Source of the DNA: an uncultured Gemmatimonadaceae bacterium
GTDB taxonomy: Bacteria > Gemmatimonadota > Gemmatimonadetes > Gemmatimonadales > Gemmatimonadaceae
Length of the DNA stretch: 64,000 nt
Assembly: GCA_963761305.1 (NCBI GenBank)
Contig: CAVXGK010000002.1
Location: 2,528,001 to 2,592,000 of the forward strand
Direction of reading: 5' to 3'
In this document: piece by piece, positions 29,653 to 37,990 of the stretch
Layout of the letters: every line of letters begins with the position of its first letter
Numbering within the stretch: position 1 is the first letter of the stretch
Notes under the pieces: generated by a model
What the model was told of the DNA's origin: nothing
The model's database searches: none
The model's input: only the letters and a program-made list of their open reading frames with translations
Translations under genes and position numbers: made by a program

Positions 29653-31341
29653 GTGATCGACGACCGCGACGACCAGTCAACCATCAGCCGTCGCGGTTTC
29701 GTCGGCTCGACCATCGCCGCCGCGGCGGCGCTCGGATGCGGCAAGGTCGATGCGGCGGCCGACGCGCAGATCGGCGTCGCCAACGCAGCCGGCGTTCCAC
29801 CGCAGGTCCCGGCGTTCGCGCTCGACGAGCTGACGATCGACGACCTGCAAGCGCGAATGAAGTCGGGTCAGGACACGGCGCAAGCGCTCCTGCGCCAGTA
29901 CCTCACGCGAATCGACCAGATCGATCAGCGCGGCCCGGCGATCAACGCCGTGATCGAGCTCAATCCCGAAGCGTTCTCGATCGCGCAACTGCGCGACGAC
30001 GAGCGCAAAGCCGGCAAGACGCGCGGTCCGCTCCACGGCATCCCGGTGCTGATCAAGGACAACATCGACACGGCCGACCGGATGCACACCAGCGCCGGCT
30101 CGCTGGCGTTGGCGTCGCACATCGCGGCGAAGGATTCGTGGGTCGCCGAGCGGTTGCGCGCGGCCGGCGCGGTGATCATCGGCAAGACCAACTTGAGCGA
30201 GTGGGCCAACTTTCGGTCGACGCATTCGTCGAGCGGGTGGAGCGGCCGCGGTGGACAGACGCACAACCCGTACGTACTGGACCGAACGCCGTCGGGGTCG
30301 AGCTCCGGCTCCGGTGCGGCCGCCGCCTCGAACTGCTGTGCCATCGCCATCGGCACGGAAACCGACGGTTCGGTGACGTCGCCGTCGGCCGCGTCGGCGC
30401 TGGTCGGCATCAAACCGACCGTCGGATTGATCGGGCGCTCGGGCATCGTTCCGATCGCGCACAGCCAGGACACGGCCGGCCCGATGGCTCGCACGGTTCG
30501 CGACGCCGCGATTCTCCTCGGCGCGCTCACCGGCGTGGATCCGCGCGACGCCGCGACGCGCGCGAGCGCCGGTCATTCACAGACGGACTATACGACGGCG
30601 CTGAACAAGGACGGCCTGCGCGGCGCACGCATCGGCGTCGCTCGCAAGCACTACACCGGGTACTCGCCGGAGACCGACAAGGTGTTCGCCGCCGCGCTCG
30701 ACCTGATCCGCCAGCAAGGCGCGACGATCGTCGATCCGGCCGACATCGAGACCGCCGGCAAGACCGACGACTCCGAGTTCGAGCTTCTGCTCTACGAGTT
30801 CAAGGCCGATCTCAACGCGTATCTCGCCGGGGTCGAACCGACTGTCGGGATCAAGTCGCTGGCCGACGTGATGGCCTTCAACACGAAGAACGCGTCGCGC
30901 GAGCTACGCTACTTCGGCCAGGAGATCATGGAGCAGGCGGACAAGAAGGGTCCGCTCACCGAGAAGAAGTATCTCGACGATCTCGCCAACAACCGCCGCT
31001 TGATGGGCGCGCAGGGCATCGACGCGACGATCGCGAAGCACAAGCTCGACGCCATCGTCGCGCCGACGCAGGGACCGGCGTGGCTGATCGATCTCGTCAA
31101 CGGCGACGCGGGCGGCGGCGGATCGTTCACAGCGCCGGCGGCGGTCGCCGGCTATCCGCACGTGACCGTGCCGATGGGGCAGGTGCACGGGCTACCTGTC
31201 GGGCTGTCGTTCGTCGGCCGCGCGTGGAGCGAGGCGACGCTGCTCAAGCTCGCGTACGCGTTCGAGCAGGCGGCTCCGGCGCGAAAGAAGCCGACGTTCG
31301 CGGAGACGGTGGCGATCGGGGATACGAGGCGCGGAGCGTGA
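29653..31341 (+). CDS. Amidase signature family protein with Tat signal
   Basis: SRRGFV Tat motif; IKDNI, GKTNLSEW, GSSSGS, GTETDGS. Confidence 0.95.
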   Translation: MIDDRDDQSTISRRGFVGSTIAAAAALGCGKVDAAADAQIGVANAAGVPPQVPAFALDELTIDDLQARMKSGQDTAQALLRQYLTRIDQIDQRGPAINAVIELNPEAFSIAQLRDDERKAGKTRGPLHGIPVLIKDNIDTADRMHTSAGSLALASHIAAKDSWVAERLRAAGAVIIGKTNLSEWANFRSTHSSSGWSGRGGQTHNPYVLDRTPSGSSSGSGAAAASNCCAIAIGTETDGSVTSPSAASALVGIKPTVGLIGRSGIVPIAHSQDTAGPMARTVRDAAILLGALTGVDPRDAATRASAGHSQTDYTTALNKDGLRGARIGVARKHYTGYSPETDKVFAAALDLIRQQGATIVDPADIETAGKTDDSEFELLLYEFKADLNAYLAGVEPTVGIKSLADVMAFNTKNASRELRYFGQEIMEQADKKGPLTEKKYLDDLANNRRLMGAQGIDATIAKHKLDAIVAPTQGPAWLIDLVNGDAGGGGSFTAPAAVAGYPHVTVPMGQVHGLPVGLSFVGRAWSEATLLKLAYAFEQAAPARKKPTFAETVAIGDTRRGA

Positions 31342-31353
31342 GCGCGCGTGGGG

Positions 31354-31467
31354 CGGTGGACCGGTGGACCGGAAAGGCTAACGGCGTGAAACGAGACATC
31401 AGACATCTGACGTCAGATGTCGCGCGTCTCCACCCGTCCACCCGTCCACCCGTCCACCCGTCCACCC
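31354..31467. repeat. Composite short-repeat element: inverted GTCCACCC-type octamers around a 20-bp palindrome
   Basis: CGGTGGAC x2 (31354-31369), GACATCTGACGTCAGATGTC (31402-31421), about 5 x TCCACCCG (31429-31467). Confidence 0.85.
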
Positions 31468-31483
31468 AGTCTCACCCCTTGCC

Positions 31484-31517
31484 CTTCTACAAGACAGACC
31501 CTAGTCTCTTGTAGAAG
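31484..31517. promoter_or_regulatory. Inverted repeat, candidate PadR operator
   Basis: CTTCTACAAGA-N12-TCTTGTAGAAG immediately before the PadR start. Confidence 0.6.
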
Positions 31518-31533
31518 CGCACAGGGAGCCTCG

Positions 31534-31866
31534 TTGGCCGACGACCGACTCGATCTTCCGCAGGGGACGCTCGATCTCTTGATCCTCAAAGCGCTCTCGC
31601 TCGGGGCGATGCACGGCTGGGCGATCTCCGAGCGCATCCACGACGTGTCGCGCGCGACGCTGCAGATCCCGCAAGGATCGCTCTACCCCGCGCTGCACCG
31701 CCTCGAGCGCCGTGGCCGGATCCGCGCCGAGTGGGGCGCGTCCGACAACAACCGCAAGGCGAAGTACTACGAGCTCACCAAGGTGGGCCGCAAACAGCTC
31801 GCCACCGAAGCCGACGATTGGGCGCGCCTCACCGCCGCCGTCGCGCTCGTGCTGCGCATGGACTGA
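31534..31866 (+). CDS. PadR family transcriptional regulator (acidobacterial type)
   Basis: QGTLDLLILKAL..MHGWAI..GSLYPALHRLE..W..SDNNRKAKYY.LT; TTG start inferred. Confidence 0.92.
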   Translation: MADDRLDLPQGTLDLLILKALSLGAMHGWAISERIHDVSRATLQIPQGSLYPALHRLERRGRIRAEWGASDNNRKAKYYELTKVGRKQLATEADDWARLTAAVALVLRMD

Positions 31867-31890
31867 TCCTCCGCCTCGTCTGGAGTACGC

Positions 31891-32442
31891 ATGCTCATTG
31901 AATTCTGGAACGACCTGCGCTTTCGCCTGCGCGCGCTGTTTCGGCGCGCGGACGTCGAGGGCGAGCTGAACGACGAAGTACGATTTCACATCGAGCGCGA
32001 AGCCGAGCAGCTCGAGCGGCGCGGGCTGTCGCATGCCGCGGCGATACGTGCGGCGACGATCGCGTTCGGCGGCGTGGACCGCATCAAGGAGGAGTCGCGC
32101 GACGCCCGCGGCGTGACGTTCGTGGAGCACGTCGGGCAGGACGTGAAGTACGCGCTGCGAGGCATTCGCTCCCGTCCCGCGTTCACCGCCGTGGTCATCG
32201 CGACGCTGGGACTGGGCGTCGGCGTGAACGCGGCGATGTTCGACGTGATCGACCGGCTGATGTTCCGCGCGCCGCGGTACCTGATCGATCCGGCGTCGGT
32301 GAGTCGCGTATACACGGCCGAGCTGAATGCGCAGGGCGAACGGCCGGTCGACCGCAGTCTCGAGTATCCCCGCTACGAGGACGTGACCCGGTTCGCGCGC
32401 TCGATCTCGCAAACGGCCGCTCATCCGTCCACCCGCTACTGA
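31891..32442 (+). pseudogene. Truncated ADOP/MacB-like ABC permease (N-terminal 183 aa only)
   Basis: ELNDEVRFHIE, FGGV..IKE, QDVKYALR..P.FT..VIATLGLGVGVNAAMF; stops early in the periplasmic domain with no FtsX domains. Confidence 0.75.
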
Positions 32443-35297
32443 ATCGGTCCGCCCTTCTGCGTTTGTGGCACGCCGTCGGTCATCCACTTCGGCGCCGGCG
32501 TTCCCTTCAAGTAGTGGTCGAAGAACTGCTTCATACGCTCTTGGAAGTCCTTCTGATTCTCCTTGCGTGCCAGGTGATGCGGCTCGCCCGGATATGAGAG
32601 GAGAATCACCTGCTTGCCCCACCGCCGCGCCGCGCCGTAGAGCTCGAGGCCCTGGTGCCAGTCGACCGCGTTGTCGGCCGTCCCATGAAGAATCATGAAC
32701 GGCGCTTTGATGTCGCGCACGTGGTAGAGCGCCGACTGATCTTCGAACAGTTGCAGGTTGTCGAACGGGTTCGTGCCCATGCGCACCTGTCCGACTTCCA
32801 CGATGCCTTGCTGCAGCGTGCCCGTGCCCGGATACGTCTCGTCGTAGAAGCTCACGAGATTCGTCGGTGGCGCGCCGGTGACCACGGCGGCGAACGTGTC
32901 ACCGCTGCGCGAGAGGATGTACGACGTCTCGTATCCGCCCCAGCTATGTCCCTGAATGCCGACGTGCTTGGGATCGGCGTAGCCGAGGTCGATCACCTTC
33001 TTCACGCCGCTCGTCACGCAGTCGAGCGCCGAGCTGCCCGGCTTGCCGATCTCGTAGACGATGTCCGGCTCGAACACGAGATAGCCGTCGCTGGCGTACT
33101 CGGCGAAGTGCGGCCGGTCGTCGAACACCGGCATCGGGAAACCGTGATGCGTGTTCGACAATAGCTCGTAGAAGTACACGAGCATCGGGTACTTCTTGCC
33201 CGGCTGATAGTCGGCGGGCAGCGTGAGGGTGCCCTGGAGACGCTGACCCTTGCCGTTCTTGAAGTCGACCAGGATGCGCTTGCCCCACTTGTACTCGCCG
33301 ATGAACGGATTGGCGTCCGTCACCTTGGTCGGCGACGCGAACGACGTGTTCGTCACCCAGTAGTCGGGCGACTCGGCGAAATCCTGCCGCGTGAAGATCA
33401 CGCGATCCGACTTCTCGGCCTTCTGCGCCTGCCCGATCTGTTCGTCGTCGTAGAGGAGCGGCGCGGGTTTGCCGCCCGGCGCGAGCGTGTAGTAGCCGGA
33501 CTTCTTCGTCCATTCGCCATACGCCGAGAGCAGCAGCGGCTTCGAGAGATCGACGCCGGCATCCTCGTCGTCCCCAGCCGGCGCGCCGAACCCTCCGCCA
33601 CCGCGGCCACCGCGACCGCCACCGCCCGCGCGGTCGAGTCGCACGAGCCGGAAAACGATCTGCTGCGAGTCGCCCAACCCGGCGGTGAGATTGGTGATCT
33701 TGCCGCCGTCGAGCGGCACGGAGTAGATGTCGAAGCGGTGGTTCAACAGCACCGACCTTCCATCTTTTGACCAGCCTGCGACCCCATAGACGGGCTTCTC
33801 GTAGGGATGATCGTCCTGCGCGTCGACGAAGCTGAGGTTGTCGCTCGCGCCGAGCGTCGTCGAACGACCGGTCTCTGTGCTGTACGCGACCACCTTTCCG
33901 GATTTCAGATAGAGGAACCACTTGCCGTCCGGCGAGCTGCCCATGGTGCGGGCCAAACCGCTGGCGATCGGCGATCGCTCGCCGGTCTCGGTGTTCACGC
34001 GGTAGTAGTCGGACTTGGTGCCGCCCCATTGCACTTCATTCCGGTACGCCGTGTCGATCCGGCCGATGGCCCACCGCGGATCGGGCGTCGGCGTCACGTT
34101 GCGCATGGTTTCGTCGGACACTCGCACGAGCTTGCCCGTGGCGACGTTGAACACCGCGGGCAGCGTGGCACGCCGCTCCTGCGCGACGCGCACGATCTGC
34201 ACCGACTGCACCTCGGCGTCCTTCCAGTGCCAGACGTCGACGTTCGCCTGCGGTTCGCTGGTCGTCGGCCGTTCGGCTTCCTGCTCCTTGATGCCGACAT
34301 AGACCCGCGACCCGTCGCGCGTCCAGCGGAGCGGCGACATCTCGCTCACCACGTACGACTTCGGGAACGACGGGTCCTTGGTCGGATCGTACTCGACGGC
34401 GTGCGACTCGGCCGAACCGACGTCGCGCCACACGAGCAGCACGTTGTCGCGCAGCACGTTCTCCTTCTTCTTGTCGCCGCGCAGCACGGCGAGCGACGCC
34501 GACTTCTCGTCCCACGTGAGCAGGTCGAAGTCCGCCGTCGCGGAGCTCAACACCCGCGACTGATGGGTACCGAGGTCGATGACGTAGACGCCGTTGCCGA
34601 CACGCTCCGCCGCGTCGACCGTGTAGCCGAGGAATCGGCCGGATTGATCGAAGTCGTAGAGGTTGACGTTGCCGATGTTCTGCGTGAGTCCGGTGGAGAG
34701 CTCGCGCAACACGACGTCGGCGCCATTCTGTTTGGCCGCCGCGTTCGCCTTGTTGGTGCGAACGGCGACGAACTTCGAGCCTTTCGAGAACTTGAACGAC
34801 GCGGCGTCGGGAACCGGGTACTTGTCGCCCGTCGTGAGGTCGAGCACCTCGAAACGGCGCGCCGCCGCGCCGGCGAACGGAACCGCGGCGCCGCCGCGAC
34901 CACCGCCGCCTCGTCCGCCGCGACCCCCGCCGCGTCCTTCACTCGGCGGACTGACGAAGTAGCCGACGAAGCGCGAGTCGTCGGAGAACTGTGGCGCCGA
35001 ACCGACGGGAATCGAGTACACCTTGGCGCCGCCGAGCTGGCGGACGAACAGCGTGTCGTCGCCCTCGTTCGGCGCGTAGACGTAGCTCATCCACGCCCCA
35101 TCGGCGGACAGCGCGGCGTTGTCGATGCGTTTCCACCGTCCGATGTCGGCCAGGCCGAGGACCTTCTTGACGCCGGGATCGACCTTGGTGCCTAGCTGCG
35201 TCGCGCCACCCTCGGCGTTCGACTGGGCGGCGAGGACCGCGGGTGACAGCAGCAGCGCGCAGGCGAGCACGCGGCGAACGATGGGCAGACGACGCAT
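32436..35297 (-). CDS. Secreted S9 family (prolyl oligopeptidase-like) serine peptidase
   Basis: Signal peptide; beta-propeller; GHSWGG nucleophile, HGTAD, GEPHH. Confidence 0.92.
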   Translation of the reverse strand: MRRLPIVRRVLACALLLSPAVLAAQSNAEGGATQLGTKVDPGVKKVLGLADIGRWKRIDNAALSADGAWMSYVYAPNEGDDTLFVRQLGGAKVYSIPVGSAPQFSDDSRFVGYFVSPPSEGRGGGRGGRGGGGRGGAAVPFAGAAARRFEVLDLTTGDKYPVPDAASFKFSKGSKFVAVRTNKANAAAKQNGADVVLRELSTGLTQNIGNVNLYDFDQSGRFLGYTVDAAERVGNGVYVIDLGTHQSRVLSSATADFDLLTWDEKSASLAVLRGDKKKENVLRDNVLLVWRDVGSAESHAVEYDPTKDPSFPKSYVVSEMSPLRWTRDGSRVYVGIKEQEAERPTTSEPQANVDVWHWKDAEVQSVQIVRVAQERRATLPAVFNVATGKLVRVSDETMRNVTPTPDPRWAIGRIDTAYRNEVQWGGTKSDYYRVNTETGERSPIASGLARTMGSSPDGKWFLYLKSGKVVAYSTETGRSTTLGASDNLSFVDAQDDHPYEKPVYGVAGWSKDGRSVLLNHRFDIYSVPLDGGKITNLTAGLGDSQQIVFRLVRLDRAGGGGRGGRGGGGFGAPAGDDEDAGVDLSKPLLLSAYGEWTKKSGYYTLAPGGKPAPLLYDDEQIGQAQKAEKSDRVIFTRQDFAESPDYWVTNTSFASPTKVTDANPFIGEYKWGKRILVDFKNGKGQRLQGTLTLPADYQPGKKYPMLVYFYELLSNTHHGFPMPVFDDRPHFAEYASDGYLVFEPDIVYEIGKPGSSALDCVTSGVKKVIDLGYADPKHVGIQGHSWGGYETSYILSRSGDTFAAVVTGAPPTNLVSFYDETYPGTGTLQQGIVEVGQVRMGTNPFDNLQLFEDQSALYHVRDIKAPFMILHGTADNAVDWHQGLELYGAARRWGKQVILLSYPGEPHHLARKENQKDFQERMKQFFDHYLKGTPAPKWMTDGVPQTQKGGPIQ

Positions 35298-35404
35298 ACG
35301 GTCTCCGACGGGACGGGGGCTGGATGACCAGTATACGCCCAGCGGCCGGCGAACGCTCGCCTTGACGCCCTACGCCAAACCCGCCGCGCCCGTCATGTTC
35401 ATGG

Positions 35405-37387
35405 ATGCGCATCTCGGTCCTCGTTGTCGCCCTGGGCGCCGTGGGCTGTTCCACGCTCGCCAACCTGCGCCAACGCCATCCCGCCGCACCGCCCCCTCCC
35501 GCAGCGCCGAAGGAGACGCGCCCGATTCCCTATCCGGTGTTCGAGACCCACGCCTTCGCGAAAGCGGTCGCCAACGGCACGCGCACGCGCGTGGGGGAGA
35601 CGGGACCGAACTACTGGCAGCAATTCGCCCACTACACGATCGACGCGGAGCTCGTCCCCGCGACGAGCCGCATCAACGGGCGCGAATCGGTGCGCTACTA
35701 CAATCGGTCGCCAGACACGCTCCGCACGCTGTGGATCGAGCTCGATCAGAATCTCTTCGCGCCGTCGTCGCCGCGCGTCGTCGCGGTACCGGTGACCGGG
35801 GGAACGGAGATCCTGCGCGTCGCCGCGTTTGGACAAGCGCTGGCGAGTCGCGACACCGGTGCCGGCTACTCGGTCTCGGCCACGAACATGGAAGTTCGGC
35901 TTCCGCGCGCGCTCGTGCCTCACGACTCGGTGGACCTCGACATAGCCTGGGCGTTTCAGCTTCCGCCCGACGGCGCGCCGCGCGAGGGCACGACCGGCGA
36001 CGTGTTCATGGTCGCGTACTGGTATCCGCGGCTCGCGGTCTACGACGACGTCACGGGTTGGCAGAACGACCCGTACCTCGGCGCCGCCGAGTTCTACATG
36101 GGGTACGCGGACTACGATGTGAATCTGACGGTGCCGCAGGGTTGGCTGGTCGCGGCGACGGGCGAGCTGACGAATCCGAACGACGTGTTGTCGAAGCAGA
36201 CCCGCGACCGTCTCGCCGAAGCACGCCGATCGACGGACGTCGTGCACGTCGTGCGCGAGCAGGATCGCGGCGTCGGCGCGACGAAGGCGACGATGACGGG
36301 ATTCGACAAAGCGCTCACCTGGCGGTTCCGCGCCCACAACGTGCGCGACTTCGACTGGGGCGCGTCGCCGAACTATCTGTGGGACGCGACGGTCGCCGTC
36401 GTCGGCGATCGTGACGGCGACAACGCGCCCGACACGACGCGAATCAACACATTCTACCGTCCTTCGGCGCGAAAGTGGGCTTGGGATCTCTCCGCCGCGT
36501 ACGAACGAAGCGCAGTCGAATTCCTGTCCAACTATTTGTGGCCGTATCCGTGGCCGCAGATGACCGCGCTCGAGGGGCCGGTGTCCTGCTCCGGCATGGA
36601 GTACCCGATGCTCACCTGCATCGGCGGCGCGCGCGACACGCTGCTGCTCTACTCCGTGCAAGTACACGAGACGGGACACATGTGGTTCCCGATGCAGGTG
36701 GGATCCGACGAGCGCCGCTACGCGTGGCAGGACGAAGGAGTCACGCGCTTCAACCAAGCGCAAGGAATGCAGGCGTTCTTCAAGGGGTACGACCGCGAAG
36801 GGCCGACGCGCGAGAGTTATCTCGACTATGCGCGTACCGACGGCGAAGTCCCGCTCATGCGCCCCGGTGACCAGTACCCGCACGACTTGCGAGCGTACAG
36901 CGTCGCGTCGTACGAGAAGATGGCGACCAACATGCACGCGCTCCGCGCGCTGCTCGGCGATTCGGTCTTTCTCGGTGCATACCGGACGTACGGGCTGCGC
37001 TGGCAATACAAGCATCCGACGCCGTATGACTTCTTCAATACGTTCAATTCGCTGAGCGGCCGAGATTTGTCGTGGTTCTGGCGTACGTGGTGGTACGAGA
37101 CGTGGACCCTCGACCAGGCCGTCGGCGCGGTGCAGACGGTGAACGGAAAGCTTGTCGTGACGATCGAGGATCGCGGGCTCGCGCCGATGCCGGTTCGACT
37201 CGCCATCACGCGCCGCGACGGGCACGTCGAGCGTCGAGAAATTCCCGTGGACGTCTGGCTCAGCGGCGCAAAGAAATATTCGCTGACGCTCAACTCGCCT
37301 GAGACCGTCACCGCGATCGAGATCGACCCGGAACAAGCGTTTCCCGACATCGATCGCTCGAACAACAAGTGGACTCGACCGCGATGA
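35405..37387 (+). CDS. M1 family zinc metallopeptidase, probable lipoprotein
   Basis: AVGC lipobox-like; GMEYPM, HETGH..DEG, YEK. Confidence 0.92.
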   Translation: MRISVLVVALGAVGCSTLANLRQRHPAAPPPPAAPKETRPIPYPVFETHAFAKAVANGTRTRVGETGPNYWQQFAHYTIDAELVPATSRINGRESVRYYNRSPDTLRTLWIELDQNLFAPSSPRVVAVPVTGGTEILRVAAFGQALASRDTGAGYSVSATNMEVRLPRALVPHDSVDLDIAWAFQLPPDGAPREGTTGDVFMVAYWYPRLAVYDDVTGWQNDPYLGAAEFYMGYADYDVNLTVPQGWLVAATGELTNPNDVLSKQTRDRLAEARRSTDVVHVVREQDRGVGATKATMTGFDKALTWRFRAHNVRDFDWGASPNYLWDATVAVVGDRDGDNAPDTTRINTFYRPSARKWAWDLSAAYERSAVEFLSNYLWPYPWPQMTALEGPVSCSGMEYPMLTCIGGARDTLLLYSVQVHETGHMWFPMQVGSDERRYAWQDEGVTRFNQAQGMQAFFKGYDREGPTRESYLDYARTDGEVPLMRPGDQYPHDLRAYSVASYEKMATNMHALRALLGDSVFLGAYRTYGLRWQYKHPTPYDFFNTFNSLSGRDLSWFWRTWWYETWTLDQAVGAVQTVNGKLVVTIEDRGLAPMPVRLAITRRDGHVERREIPVDVWLSGAKKYSLTLNSPETVTAIEIDPEQAFPDIDRSNNKWTRPR

Positions 37388-37426
37388 ATTGGCGAGCGTG
37401 GCAGACGATTTGCGACGGCCGCGGGT

Positions 37427-37912
37427 ATGGCATCTCGCGCGTTCCTGTATCCGCCGACCATCGAACCGCCCACGACTCGAGCGCCGGGCGCTGAAACCGG
37501 ACTCGCGTCTCGCGGGGCACCGGAGGCGCTGAGTGTTCTGCGCATCGTCGCCGCGCTGCTGTACTGGCAACACGGACTGCAAAAGATCTTCAACATCCCG
37601 CCGTCGGCGCATCCGATGCCGTTCGTCCTCGACTCGCTGCTCGGCGTCGCCGGGGTCATCGAGACGGTCGCCGGAATCCTGCTCGTCGTCGGGCTGCTCA
37701 CGCGGCCGATCGCGTTCATTACGTGCGGCGAGATGGCGGTCGCGTACTTCAAGGCGCATTTCCCGCGATCGTTCTTTCCCATCAGCAACATGGGTGAGAC
37801 ACCTGTCCTGTTGTGCTTCATCTTCCTGCTGCTCGTGTTCGCCGGCCCGGGTCCGTGGAGCCTCGACGGGTGGATCGCCCGCCGCCGGCCGCCCGTCAAC
37901 ATTCGGGCGTGA
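37427..37912 (+). CDS. DoxX family membrane protein
   Basis: LRIV..HGLQK, GLLTRP.A, GEMAVAYF, GPGPWSLD. Confidence 0.9.
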   Translation: MASRAFLYPPTIEPPTTRAPGAETGLASRGAPEALSVLRIVAALLYWQHGLQKIFNIPPSAHPMPFVLDSLLGVAGVIETVAGILLVVGLLTRPIAFITCGEMAVAYFKAHFPRSFFPISNMGETPVLLCFIFLLLVFAGPGPWSLDGWIARRRPPVNIRA

Positions 37913-37953
37913 ACGCCCGACCTCGCGAGCAGCGAGGTAGCAACAGCCGGAAA

Positions 37954-37980
37954 CTGAGAATGACGCGCCCCGTGGTGCGT
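37954..37980 (+). promoter_or_regulatory. Putative ECF promoter CTGAGAAT-N14-TGCGT (copy 1)
   Basis: Same bipartite motif and spacing on the minus strand at 46228-46254; 10 nt before GTG 37991. Confidence 0.65.
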
Positions 37981-37990
37981 TCATTCGGGC

